Assembly: GCA_965246885.1 (NCBI GenBank)
Contig: OZ251992.1
Coordinates: 1,376,001-1,440,000 of the forward strand
Origin: Abditibacterium sp.
Lineage (GTDB): Bacteria > Armatimonadota > Abditibacteriia > Abditibacteriales > Abditibacteriaceae
Direction: 5' to 3'
Length of the DNA stretch: 64,000 nt
This document shows positions 9,327-18,491 of the stretch, piece by piece; position 1 is the first letter of the stretch; each line of letters starts with the position of its first letter. Under the pieces are notes generated by a model. The model searched no databases, had not been told where the DNA came from, and saw only the letters and a program-made list of their open reading frames with translations. The position numbers were made by a program, and so were the translations under genes.

Positions 9327-10631
9327 TCATTGCGCGAGGTATTGCATACGCAGTTCTGGGAGGCGGACTTTGCCTTTTTCAGTCCACCATTGTTTGTCTA
9401 TTAAGTAGCCGCGCGGCGACGCGAAGAAGGCTTTGACAGGGGCATCATCGTTGTGCCGTTGCGCGAAGTTCATCAGGGTGTTCGCGGCCCATACCGAGTC
9501 GGGTTGCGCTTTGCATAGGGCAGTTATGCCGCGCTTGAAGCGGTCGTAGGAAAAAGCGGTCTCCTTCCATATATCCCCGTAATAACCCACTTGCGTCCAA
9601 ATCATGCGGGCGTAGAAGATGTCGCCCTTGGTGCCGCCCAATGCGTCGGCGCGGTGCGTCACGAACGCTTCCAATTCGCCGGGGGCGCCGAACCAGCGAG
9701 TCATGAGCAATATGCCGCGCGAGCGGTAAAGGGGCAGGTAGTTCGGGAACTTGGCCGCGCCTTCTTTGAAGAGGGCATCGAGAGACTCGCGCGGTAGGCC
9801 CGACAGTTGCGCCCACCCTTGGCAGACATCGAAAGCGAGCGGCGAATCGTAAGCCGTTGCGGGTAGCGCTTTGATGTCGGCAAAGGCGTGCGCGAGCGCG
9901 TCGTTCATGTCTTGGCTCATTTCGGGCGTGATGGTGTTCGCGTAGCCGTCGCCGCGTATGCGCCACGCAGCGTCCGTCCAGCATTGAATCGCCACGATGC
10001 GCGCCAAGTTGGAGTTAGGCCGCGCCACTTTCCATGCCGCCAGCGCGCTTTGCGGGGTGGGCGTGCCGTCGTGTTTGCCGCACAATCCCTCGAAGAAATA
10101 GCGTAGAGACGGCATCCCTTCGGCGTTGGTGGCGCCGCTCTTTTGTAGGTCGCGCGCGGTGTGCTCGATGTCGTCGTAGCGTTTGGCTTTGAGCAGGGCG
10201 GCGCCTTTGTCGTGCCACACGGCTTGATGCTTCATCACGTCGCCGGTCACGAATTGAAGCGGCTTGAGTTGCAAGTGCGGATATTGGGCGCGGATGCGGC
10301 GGGCGTTGATGAAATGATCGTAGGGCGCGCTTCCACCATCCATCGCGTCGGCTTTGCTGTAGTCGCGGATGGCGGCGTCTATGTCGCCCAAGTTATACGC
10401 GCCATCGCCCGCCGACCACCAGCCGTTGGAATCGGCGGGATGCGACCCTTGCCACGCGCGCCCTTCGGTGATAATGGAGTGCCAATCGCCCTTGGTGGCC
10501 AGAGCCGTCATGCGCGCCGAGAACGTGGCCCGCGCCGCTTGTTCCGCCGGCGCCGGAGTTGGCGGAACTTCTTGCGCCGAGGCGAGCGGCGTCAACAACA
10601 AGAGCGCGGCCCCAACAGTAAATTTATTCAT
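9327..10631 (-). CDS. Secreted TPR-like plus DUF4034-like domain protein
   Basis: Signal peptide MNKFTVGAALLLLTPLASA; TPR-like GDGAYNLGDIDAAIRDYSKA; AWRIRGDGYANTI, RWFGAPGE and FYARMIW typical of DUF4034 proteins; start 10631 preceded by CACACT. Confidence 0.7.
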   Translation of the reverse strand: MNKFTVGAALLLLTPLASAQEVPPTPAPAEQAARATFSARMTALATKGDWHSIITEGRAWQGSHPADSNGWWSAGDGAYNLGDIDAAIRDYSKADAMDGGSAPYDHFINARRIRAQYPHLQLKPLQFVTGDVMKHQAVWHDKGAALLKAKRYDDIEHTARDLQKSGATNAEGMPSLRYFFEGLCGKHDGTPTPQSALAAWKVARPNSNLARIVAIQCWTDAAWRIRGDGYANTITPEMSQDMNDALAHAFADIKALPATAYDSPLAFDVCQGWAQLSGLPRESLDALFKEGAAKFPNYLPLYRSRGILLMTRWFGAPGELEAFVTHRADALGGTKGDIFYARMIWTQVGYYGDIWKETAFSYDRFKRGITALCKAQPDSVWAANTLMNFAQRHNDDAPVKAFFASPRGYLIDKQWWTEKGKVRLPELRMQYLAQ

Positions 10632-10694
10632 CGGATGCAGTGTGACTTCCAACGTCGGGCATGACCCGACGGAAGCAGTCAGCCGAGTAACTCG

Positions 10695-10764
10695 CGGCCT
10701 AATTCTTTGGACGACAGACATAACTCCCGACCCAGTTATGTCTGTCGTCCAAAGAATTAGGCCG
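10695..10764. repeat. Perfect 31-bp inverted repeat with 8-nt loop
   Basis: cggcctaattctttggacgacagacataact-cccgaccc-agttatgtctgtcgtccaaagaattaggccg. Confidence 0.95.
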
Positions 10765-10779
10765 TTCTTTCGATGGCGC

Positions 10780-10846
10780 GGGTAATTCTTCGGGAAAACT
10801 TCCCCGTTTACCGAGGGAACTGCATAGTTTTCTGAAAGAATTACCC
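10780..10846. repeat. Second, imperfect inverted repeat sharing the TAATTCTT core
   Basis: gggtaattcttcgggaaaact ... agttttctgaaagaattaccc. Confidence 0.75.
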
Positions 10847-10904
10847 CTCTCTTTGGTTGCCAGAGGTCTGTCGCGCGGCGCGGGAAGGCGGCAAACTGAG
10901 GGGG

Positions 10905-11222
10905 ATGAACTCTGCTCCGATTCCACCGACTGCTTGTCCGGCGTGCGGGTTCGCGCCGATGCGGGCGCTGTCGAGTGTCTCCGAGGCCGACGCGCAGGGG
11001 CGCAAGCGCGACATGGAGGATTACATCACCCCGCAACGCGGCGAAACGGACGGCGATTACGGCGGGCAAATGGGATTGCAGTGGCTCTTGGTGCAGTTCG
11101 TCGGGTGGATGGAAAAGGGCAAAAACGCGCGCAAAATCCGCCGCGCCCGCGCCGAAATACTGCCGCGCAACCCGAACGCGCTGATTTGCCCCAGTTGCTA
11201 CGAAGTTTTGGAGCGGCTGTGA
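10905..11222 (+). CDS. Small hypothetical protein with two CxxC pairs (Zn-binding)
   Basis: CPACG near the N-terminus and CPSC near the C-terminus; CAAACT 7 nt before ATG. Confidence 0.65.
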   Translation: MNSAPIPPTACPACGFAPMRALSSVSEADAQGRKRDMEDYITPQRGETDGDYGGQMGLQWLLVQFVGWMEKGKNARKIRRARAEILPRNPNALICPSCYEVLERL

Positions 11223-11239
11223 CTGGCGGGCGGGGGCGC

Positions 11240-11743
11240 TCACGCAAATCCATTAGCCGCCGCGTGTTGGAAAAGCCCGGTGCGCGGGTCGAACTCGACG
11301 CCCCAAAATCCTGAACCGCCGTCGCACACAACTTCGGCGCCGCGCCGCCACACTTGACGTTTGTCGGCATCGGCGGGCGAATCGGGCAGAGCGTTGACGT
11401 AAATCAAGCGCGTCTTGCCGCGCACGAGCGCGCCGTATTGGAAGTGGTAAGCGGAAAAGCGGTTGTCCCAACCCGCCGCACGGCGCGTTTTCATCCACGC
11501 CGGCAGGGCGCATTCCAAGCGCCGGACTTCAACTTTCGATGGCGCGACTGGCGTCCAGTAGCCGACGGGCGACTCGCGCGAACACTGTCTGCCAAACTCG
11601 CGCGCCAAGCGCGCCCCGAAAACGACGCCGCGTTTGGACGGCGAAAGCGGCTGCAACGGCTGACGGTAGATCGGCGGCTCGCCCGATTGGGCAAGGGCGG
11701 CGGAGACAAGTAGACAAAGCGACGGGATGGGCAAGAGCTTCAT
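11240..11743 (-). CDS. Secreted hypothetical protein
   Basis: Signal peptide MKLLPIPSLCLLVSAALA; QCSR...YHFQY...IYVNA...VCDGG; CAAACT 7 nt before ATG. Confidence 0.7.
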   Translation of the reverse strand: MKLLPIPSLCLLVSAALAQSGEPPIYRQPLQPLSPSKRGVVFGARLAREFGRQCSRESPVGYWTPVAPSKVEVRRLECALPAWMKTRRAAGWDNRFSAYHFQYGALVRGKTRLIYVNALPDSPADADKRQVWRRGAEVVCDGGSGFWGVEFDPRTGLFQHAAANGFA

Positions 11744-11831
11744 TGGGTGCAGTTTGCGGGATAGGGCTTTGCATGGCGTCCGACAGCTTTCGGCGTGCTT
11801 TGGCGGGCGCTCTTAAACTGCTCTTCAATTG

Positions 11832-13718
11832 ATGAACACCCTTTTTCGTTCTGTGTGGAGGGCGGGGTTGCCCGCCGTTGCGCTGTTGGGAGCGGTGGGT
11901 TTGGGCGGGTGCGGCGGGCAGGAGAAGTTCGCCAACTCCAATGTCGCGCTGTCGAGCGGCGAAGCCGACAAGGGCGTCGCCGATGCCCAAAGCGGCAGTG
12001 TCTCTATCCCGCCCTCGACCCTTGGCAAATACGGCGGGCAACTGACCGACGCGACCATCTCCGACCCGAAGACGTTCAACCTATGGGTTTCCGCCGAGAC
12101 CTCCTCGTCCGACGCGACGGGTAGCCTGTATGAGAACCTCATCAACCGCAACTCTTACACGCTTCAATGGGAAAGCCAACTCGCCGAACTGCCGACGATT
12201 TCCGCCGACAAACTGACGTGGACTTTTAAGATTAAGCCCGAAGTCAAGTGGAGCGATGGGCAACCCATCACCGCCGATGACGTGATCTTCACCCTCGGTG
12301 TGCTGTATGACCCGGCGATTCAAACCAACATGCGCGAAGGTTTGCTGGTGGATGTGCCCGATGGCAAAGGCGGTTATAAGGGCGTGCCGCTCGTTTACAA
12401 AAAGGTGGACGCGCGCACTGTTGAGTTCAAGTTTCCCGTGCCGTATGCGCCCGCGCGCTCGATGCTCTCGTTCCCTATCGCGCCCAAGCATGTGCTGGAA
12501 GAAGCGTATAAGTCGGGCCAGTTCAACTCAACGTGGGGCGTCAACACGGCGGAGAAAACCCCCGAAGCCCTTATTACAAGCGGGCCTTGGGTGCTGAAAT
12601 CGTACGTGCCCGGACAGCGCATGGTGTACGCGCGCAACCCGCACTATTGGCGCCGCGACGCCAAAGGGCGCGCCCTGCCGTATCTCGACGGGCTGACCAC
12701 GCTCATCGTCACCGACACCAACACGACCACGCTTAAGTTTCTGGGCGGCGAAACCGACGTTTTGGGAGTCCAACCCAACGATTACCAAACCGTCAAAGCG
12801 CAGGAGGGCAAGGGCAACTTTTCGGTGCGCATCCTCGGCCCGACGCAAACGACCAGCTTCTTGGGTTTCAACCTCAACATGAAAAGTCAAGGGGCGCAAG
12901 AGAACCCGGAACTGTTCCGCTTGTTTAACGACGTGCGCTTTCGCCGCGCCGTCTCGCACGCCATTGACCGCGACAAAATCTGCCGCAACGTGTATCAGGG
13001 CCTCGCCCAACCGGGTTACGGGCCAGAAACCCCCGCCAACAAAGCGTTCTTCAATAAGGACATCCCAACCTTTCCGTATAACCCCACCAAAGCCAAGCAG
13101 CTTTTGTCCGAGTGCGGTCTGCAAGCGGGCGCCGATGGGATGTGGGGGTTCTCCGATGGTAAGCCGGTGCAGTTCACCATTCAAACCAACGCTTCCAATA
13201 AACTGCGCATCGCGCAGGGAACGATCTTGCAGGACAACCTCAAGGCCGTCGGCTTGGACGCGCGCTTTACACCGGTTGACTTCAATGTGTTGGTCGCGCA
13301 ACTGGACGCCAAGCCCGACAAAGGCAAGCCATACCCGCCTTACAACTGGCAAAGCATCATCTTGGGCTTTAGCGGCGGCGATGTAGACCCGCACGGCAGC
13401 CGCAACATCTGGATGAGCCGCGCCAACTTGCATCAGTGGGAGCCATACCAAGACAAGCCGGTGCGCCCTTGGGAAGCGCAGTTGGACGACATCTTCCGGC
13501 GCGGCGCGCAGGAAATGGACGAAACTAAGCGCCGCGCCATCTACAACGACTACCAAAAGGTCGTCGCCGAGCAACTCCCCTTCATTTATACCGTCGTGCC
13601 GCAGTCCATCTCCGCGCTCCGCAACAAATACGGCAACGTCAAGCCTTCGTCTACGGGCGGCCAGACGTGGAATGTGTGGGAAATGTATGACCAAAGCGCC
13701 ACGCGCGAGGCGCCCTGA
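11832..13718 (+). CDS. Peptide/nickel ABC transporter substrate-binding lipoprotein (SBP family 5)
   Basis: Lipobox-like LGGC, DPKTFN, KWSDGQPITADDVIFT, SGPW, DVRFRRAVSHAIDR. Confidence 0.93.
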   Translation: MNTLFRSVWRAGLPAVALLGAVGLGGCGGQEKFANSNVALSSGEADKGVADAQSGSVSIPPSTLGKYGGQLTDATISDPKTFNLWVSAETSSSDATGSLYENLINRNSYTLQWESQLAELPTISADKLTWTFKIKPEVKWSDGQPITADDVIFTLGVLYDPAIQTNMREGLLVDVPDGKGGYKGVPLVYKKVDARTVEFKFPVPYAPARSMLSFPIAPKHVLEEAYKSGQFNSTWGVNTAEKTPEALITSGPWVLKSYVPGQRMVYARNPHYWRRDAKGRALPYLDGLTTLIVTDTNTTTLKFLGGETDVLGVQPNDYQTVKAQEGKGNFSVRILGPTQTTSFLGFNLNMKSQGAQENPELFRLFNDVRFRRAVSHAIDRDKICRNVYQGLAQPGYGPETPANKAFFNKDIPTFPYNPTKAKQLLSECGLQAGADGMWGFSDGKPVQFTIQTNASNKLRIAQGTILQDNLKAVGLDARFTPVDFNVLVAQLDAKPDKGKPYPPYNWQSIILGFSGGDVDPHGSRNIWMSRANLHQWEPYQDKPVRPWEAQLDDIFRRGAQEMDETKRRAIYNDYQKVVAEQLPFIYTVVPQSISALRNKYGNVKPSSTGGQTWNVWEMYDQSATREAP

Positions 13719-13733
13719 GCGCCCCCTCCTCCC

Positions 13734-14699
13734 ATGTTCCGCTTTATTCTTCGCCGCTTGATTCAAACGCTGCCGCTCCTTTTGGCGGTGACGGTGGTGT
13801 CGTTCATCGTGATGCAACTGGCGCCGGGAGATTTCCTGACTTCCCTGCGCGGTCAGCCGCAGATTAAGCCCGAAACCATCGAGCGCTTGTCGCGCGACTT
13901 CGGCTTGGACAAGCCCAAACCCGCGCAATATGGCTTGTGGCTGTGGAACGCGCTCCACCTTAACTTCGGCTACTCGTTCACGTATAAAATTCCGGTTTTT
14001 ACCCTTATCCGCCAGCGCGTTTATTACACCCTCCTGCTCGCCGTCTGGTCAACCCTTTTGTCTTGGGCGGTGGCCATCCCCTTGGGTATCTACATTGGCA
14101 CCCATCGGAACTCTGTCGCCGACCGCGTCTCGAACCTCGTCGCGTTTGCGGGGGTGTCGTTGCCGGGTTTTTTCGTGGCGCTGTTGGCGATGCGGCTCGC
14201 GCAAACAAGTGGCTGGTTCCCCGTTGGCGGCGCGACGAGTCCCAACTACGATTCCCTGTCGTGGGCGGGCAAGACGTGGGATACCGGAAAGCACCTGTTT
14301 TTGCCCGTGTTGGTGCTGGGCACGCGCGGGGTCGCAAGCCTGATGCGCCAAATGCGCGGCAACGTCATCGAAGTGCTCAGCGAGCAGTACATCCTCGCGG
14401 CGCGCGCGCGCGGCCTAAGCGCGCGCCGCGTCGTGTGGAAGCACGCGGTTCGCAACGCCATCAACCCGATGATCACGCTCTTTGGCTTTGAGATTTCGGG
14501 GCTGTTGGCGGGCGCGGCGCTCGTTGAGAACGTCATGGCGTGGCCCGGTTTAGGGCAACTGTTGCTTTCCGCCGTGCAAGCCAAAGATTTATACGTGGCG
14601 ATGGGCAGTTTCGTGATGGGAACGGTGCTTCTTATCGTGGGCAACCTCATCGCCGACGTGATGCTCGCCGTTACCGACCCGCGCATCAAGTTTGGCTAA
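13734..14699 (+). CDS. Peptide ABC transporter permease (DppB/OppB-like)
   Basis: MFRFILRRLIQ, APGD, EAA-like loop YILAARARGL, WPGLG, TDPRI. Confidence 0.93.
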   Translation: MFRFILRRLIQTLPLLLAVTVVSFIVMQLAPGDFLTSLRGQPQIKPETIERLSRDFGLDKPKPAQYGLWLWNALHLNFGYSFTYKIPVFTLIRQRVYYTLLLAVWSTLLSWAVAIPLGIYIGTHRNSVADRVSNLVAFAGVSLPGFFVALLAMRLAQTSGWFPVGGATSPNYDSLSWAGKTWDTGKHLFLPVLVLGTRGVASLMRQMRGNVIEVLSEQYILAARARGLSARRVVWKHAVRNAINPMITLFGFEISGLLAGAALVENVMAWPGLGQLLLSAVQAKDLYVAMGSFVMGTVLLIVGNLIADVMLAVTDPRIKFG

Positions 14700-14724
14700 C
14701 CCTCGCTTCTTTCTTCCCACTTCC

Positions 14725-15960
14725 ATGACTGAACCGCGCTCTCCCGATTCCGAACAGTCCGATGCGCCCGCCGCTTCAAGCGAGGGTCAACTCGCCGCCT
14801 CACCTGCGCTTACTCCCGGAAGTGTTGCCGACGCCAAAGCCGCGCGCCAAGCGCTCACGGGACGCGCGGCGCGCGAGCTATTAGGCGCTTCGCAGTCTCC
14901 CTCGCAACTTGCATGGCGCGAACTGCGCAAGAATCGCTGGGCCATGACCGGATTGTGGCTTTTGGCGGTTCTGTATTTCGTGGCCCTGTTCGGCCAGTTC
15001 TTCGCGCCTTTCGACTACCAAGACCAGAACCCGCAAGGCCTCAACCTCTCGTTCCACCCGCCCATGAAGCTGCGCTTGCGCGACGCGCAAAGCGGCGCTT
15101 TCGGCGCTCCGTTCGTTTACGGCACGAGTCTCCAGAACGGCGAGTTCCTCCCTGACCTCCACAAGAAGTGGCCCTTGCGCGCTTTTATTCATGGCACACC
15201 GTACAAGCTCTGGGGACTGATTCGCACGGACGTGCATTTTCTGGGCGCGCAAGATGGGCCGGTGTTTTTGCTCGGCACCGACGAATTTGGCCGCGACTAC
15301 CTGTCGCGCCTCATCTACGGCTCGATGATTTCCCTGTCCGTTGGGTTCATTGGCATCCTGATTACTTTCTCGTTGGGGATGCTCGTGGGCGGCATCGCGG
15401 GCTATTACGGTGGGCGGGTGGACGATGTAATCATGCGCGTATGCGAGATCATCATGTCCGTCCCAGACTTCTACCTGCTCCTCGCTCTCGCGGCGGCGCT
15501 CCCCCAAACCCTTCCGCCTGTCACCGTTTACTTGCTCATCATCGCCATTCTGTCTTTCGTGGGTTGGGCGGGCATGGCGCGCATCATTCGCGGCATGGTG
15601 CTGTCGGTGCGCGAGCGAGAGTATGTCGAAGCAGGGCGCGCGCTTGGCTTATCCGACTTGAAAATCATCGTGCGCCACGTGTTGCCCTCGACCTTTACCT
15701 ACGCCATCATCGCCGCCACCATGAGCGTTCCCGGCTACATCCTCGCCGAAGCGGGACTCTCGTTTCTGGGGTTGGGCATCCGCGAGCCGATGGCCAGTTG
15801 GGGCAACATGCTATCCGCCGCGCAGAACCTCTCCACGCTCACCATGCGGCCTTGGATACTCGCCCCCGGCTTCGTTATCTTCCTTGCGACGCTCGCTTTC
15901 AACTTTCTGGGCGACGGTTTGCGCGACGCGCTCGATCCCAAGTCGCGCAAGTTAGGGTAA
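14725..15960 (+). CDS. Peptide ABC transporter permease (DppC/OppC-like)
   Basis: LGTDEFGRDYLSRLIYG, EYVEAGRALG, EAGLSFLGLG, FNFLGDGLRDALDPK. Confidence 0.93.
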   Translation: MTEPRSPDSEQSDAPAASSEGQLAASPALTPGSVADAKAARQALTGRAARELLGASQSPSQLAWRELRKNRWAMTGLWLLAVLYFVALFGQFFAPFDYQDQNPQGLNLSFHPPMKLRLRDAQSGAFGAPFVYGTSLQNGEFLPDLHKKWPLRAFIHGTPYKLWGLIRTDVHFLGAQDGPVFLLGTDEFGRDYLSRLIYGSMISLSVGFIGILITFSLGMLVGGIAGYYGGRVDDVIMRVCEIIMSVPDFYLLLALAAALPQTLPPVTVYLLIIAILSFVGWAGMARIIRGMVLSVREREYVEAGRALGLSDLKIIVRHVLPSTFTYAIIAATMSVPGYILAEAGLSFLGLGIREPMASWGNMLSAAQNLSTLTMRPWILAPGFVIFLATLAFNFLGDGLRDALDPKSRKLG

Positions 15961-16020
15961 ATCCACTGGGGCGGAGACTGTCAAGTGGCGTGCGGCGTGC
16001 GATACTTTGACGTTCTTTTT

Positions 16021-16710
16021 ATGTCCGTCCGCTTTTCCTTCTACGCCCTTTCTCTTGCTGCGCTGTGCCTCGCTGGTTGCGGCGGGGGTGGGGGCGGCGT
16101 TTCTGTTCCTACCGCAACGCCCCTCCCCACCGCCACGACCGCGCCGCTTCCCGTGTTGTCCGCGCCCCAACCTATCCCGGAAGGAGTGCAAATGGGCAAG
16201 AATTATTGGCCCGTCGGCGCCCTCGCGTCGGGCGGCAATGGGCAGGATGTTTCCGGCTTGGGCTGTAGCAACCTGAGCGAGGACTTCCACGTCCACGCCC
16301 ACTTGTCCATTTTCCTCAACGGCCAGCAGTTGGCTATTCCCGCCGCCATCGGTATCAACCATCCGACGTTCCTGACCAAGGACATCTGGCCCGACGGCTA
16401 CGCCATCTACGGCGACTGCCACTACTCCATCCACACCCACGACACATCGGGCCGCTTGCACGTCGAAGCTCCCGCCCCCGGCACCTTCACCCTTGGCCAG
16501 TTTTTCGCCATCTGGGGCGAGCCGCTTTCGTATGGCAACATCGCGGGCATCACTGGCTCTCCGGTCGTCGTCTACGTCAACGACGGCACCAACCTGCGCC
16601 GCTTTACGGGCGACTTAGCGAGCATCGAACTCGTGTCACAGCGCGAAATCACCATCCAAGTCGGGACTCCGCTTGCCCAAATCCCCACCTACGCTTGGGA
16701 CGCGCCGTGA
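16021..16710 (+). CDS. Putative lipoprotein with His-rich metal-binding-like motifs
   Basis: Lipobox LAGC; FHVHAHL, CHYSIHTHD, LHVE, FTLGQFFAIWG. Confidence 0.75.
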   Translation: MSVRFSFYALSLAALCLAGCGGGGGGVSVPTATPLPTATTAPLPVLSAPQPIPEGVQMGKNYWPVGALASGGNGQDVSGLGCSNLSEDFHVHAHLSIFLNGQQLAIPAAIGINHPTFLTKDIWPDGYAIYGDCHYSIHTHDTSGRLHVEAPAPGTFTLGQFFAIWGEPLSYGNIAGITGSPVVVYVNDGTNLRRFTGDLASIELVSQREITIQVGTPLAQIPTYAWDAP

Positions 16711-16715
16711 GCGGG

Positions 16716-18359
16716 TTAATCCACCGCCAAGTCTTCGTACGTCGCGCTCCACGCGGGGTGCAAGCGGAATCCCCTCACGCGCGGCTGGCGCACGACGAAG
16801 CGGCGCGTGTTGTGGAGGAACACAACCGGGGCGTCTTGCACAATTAGTCGCTGTGCCGCGCGGTATTTCTCCCAGCGCGCGGGCGAGTTGGGCGTCTTGA
16901 GCGCCGCATCGAGCAGGGCGTTAGCCTTGGGATTGGAGTAAAACGAGCGGTTCAAACTCGCGGTGGCTGTAATCGAGCGACCATTGAAGAGCGTATCGAG
17001 GTAGTTCGACGGGTCGGGGAAGTCTTGCAGCCACCCCTGAATGACGAGGCGCCCCCCACTGGGGCCGCGCCGTCCGGCAATGGCTTTCATGTCGCCGTAA
17101 CGCATCCCCTTGGTTTCCACTTTGATGCCCACCGCCGCCAAATCTTGCTGGATGGACTGCGCGGCTTTGGCAATCCAAGGGTCGCCCGTCGAATACAAAA
17201 GCGGAAAGGTCTCGTCCGAGTGGAAATTTGCCTCGGCGAGCAGTCGCTTGGCGCGGGCGGGGTCATACGGGTAGGAGAACAGTGTCGGATCGTATGACTG
17301 CACGCCCTCCGGCAAAGCGCCGCGCGCTTTCGTTGCCCGTCCGGTAAGAAACGAGAGGATACGGTCGCGGTCAACCGCGTAGCAAACCGCCTGACGCACG
17401 CGCACGTCCGTAAAAGGCGCGACTTCGTTGTTCATCGCCATGTAGCGGATATCCATCATCGGCGCGCTGAGCATCAGGCCCTTCCACTTCGGCGAGTTCT
17501 TGAGGCGCAGAAAATCCGGCGGGAACGCTTCGGAGATTTCCATCGTATCGAGCGCCCCCTGCTCAAAGAGCATGATTTCCAGAGTGCGGCTGATGCCCAA
17601 CTGCACGTTCACCTCCTCCGCTTTGGGCAGGTCGGAGCGAAAGTAATCGGGGTTCTTGACCAGCCGCAGGCGCGCGTCGTGTGTCCACTCCGCGAACTTG
17701 AACGGCCCATCGCCCATCGGGTGCGAGGAGAGCGCATCGGACAGCGCCTTACCCTTTCCGCTCGCGTCGGCGGGGAGGGCGGCGCGTAGCCCCTCGACAT
17801 AAGCGCGCGGCACGGCGTAGGAAAAGGGTAGCGTTAGGCGCGAGAGGAACGTGGCATCGGGTTGGGTGAGGTGGAAGACGATCTCGCGCGGCGAGGGAAC
17901 TTCGATGCCCGCGACGTGCGGCGACGGGTGCTGCGTGCCACGCAATTTGACCCACTCCTTCGCGCCGACGATGCCCGTGAAAAACGAGGCGCCATCCGAG
18001 GCGGTGTCGGGGGCGAGCGCGCGCTCAATGGCGTAGCGGAAGTCCTCGGCTTCGACCGGCTGGCCGTTCCACCAGCGCACATCCGAACGCAGGAGGAAGC
18101 GGTAGGTTTTACCGTCGGGCGACAGGGTGTGCGACTGGGCGACCTCATCGTGGATGCGCGCTTCGTAATCATATTCGACCAAGCCGCGATACATCAGCCG
18201 CACGAACTGGATGCAGGTGGTGTCGTACGCCCGCGCGGGGTCGAGTGTGGCGGGGTCAGTGTCTTCGGCCACACGAATTACGCCCGCCGGTTGCGGCGCG
18301 TGGGCGCACCCGCTCGCAAGGGGCAGCAGTAGAGGGGTAAGCAGAAGGAGACGACGCAT
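16716..18359 (-). CDS. Peptide ABC transporter substrate-binding lipoprotein (SBP family 5)
   Basis: Lipobox ASGC, DPATLDPA, GDGPF, PFTDVRVRQAV, WLQDFPDP; start ATG 18359 with CACACT 6 nt upstream. Confidence 0.92.
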   Translation of the reverse strand: MRRLLLLTPLLLPLASGCAHAPQPAGVIRVAEDTDPATLDPARAYDTTCIQFVRLMYRGLVEYDYEARIHDEVAQSHTLSPDGKTYRFLLRSDVRWWNGQPVEAEDFRYAIERALAPDTASDGASFFTGIVGAKEWVKLRGTQHPSPHVAGIEVPSPREIVFHLTQPDATFLSRLTLPFSYAVPRAYVEGLRAALPADASGKGKALSDALSSHPMGDGPFKFAEWTHDARLRLVKNPDYFRSDLPKAEEVNVQLGISRTLEIMLFEQGALDTMEISEAFPPDFLRLKNSPKWKGLMLSAPMMDIRYMAMNNEVAPFTDVRVRQAVCYAVDRDRILSFLTGRATKARGALPEGVQSYDPTLFSYPYDPARAKRLLAEANFHSDETFPLLYSTGDPWIAKAAQSIQQDLAAVGIKVETKGMRYGDMKAIAGRRGPSGGRLVIQGWLQDFPDPSNYLDTLFNGRSITATASLNRSFYSNPKANALLDAALKTPNSPARWEKYRAAQRLIVQDAPVVFLHNTRRFVVRQPRVRGFRLHPAWSATYEDLAVD

Positions 18360-18385
18360 AGGAAGAGTGTGGCGCGCTAAAGCCA

Positions 18386-18480
18386 AAGCGACTGAAGTCG
18401 CAGCCAGCGAAAACGTCAACCTTCGTTGACGAGGTGTCGACGAAGGCCGACAATTCCGATGGCTGCGACTTCAGTCGCTT
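18386..18480. repeat. REPIN-like palindromic element (GCGACTTCAGTCGC family)
   Basis: 21-bp perfect arms aagcgactgaagtcgcagcca / tggctgcgacttcagtcgctt; homologous to 37512-37609. Confidence 0.92.
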
Positions 18481-18491
18481 CACGTATCCGT

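Noticed and set aside
8965..9436. Repeat-encoded ORFs (8965..9408, 8999..9436, 9043..9330) and a CRISPR interpretation
   Set aside because: Frames are probably open only because the 21-nt units lack stops; no unique spacers or cas genes
10632..11243. Long N-terminal extension of the 638-aa ORF
   Set aside because: Runs through palindromes and an opposite-strand gene; the signal peptide begins at 10631
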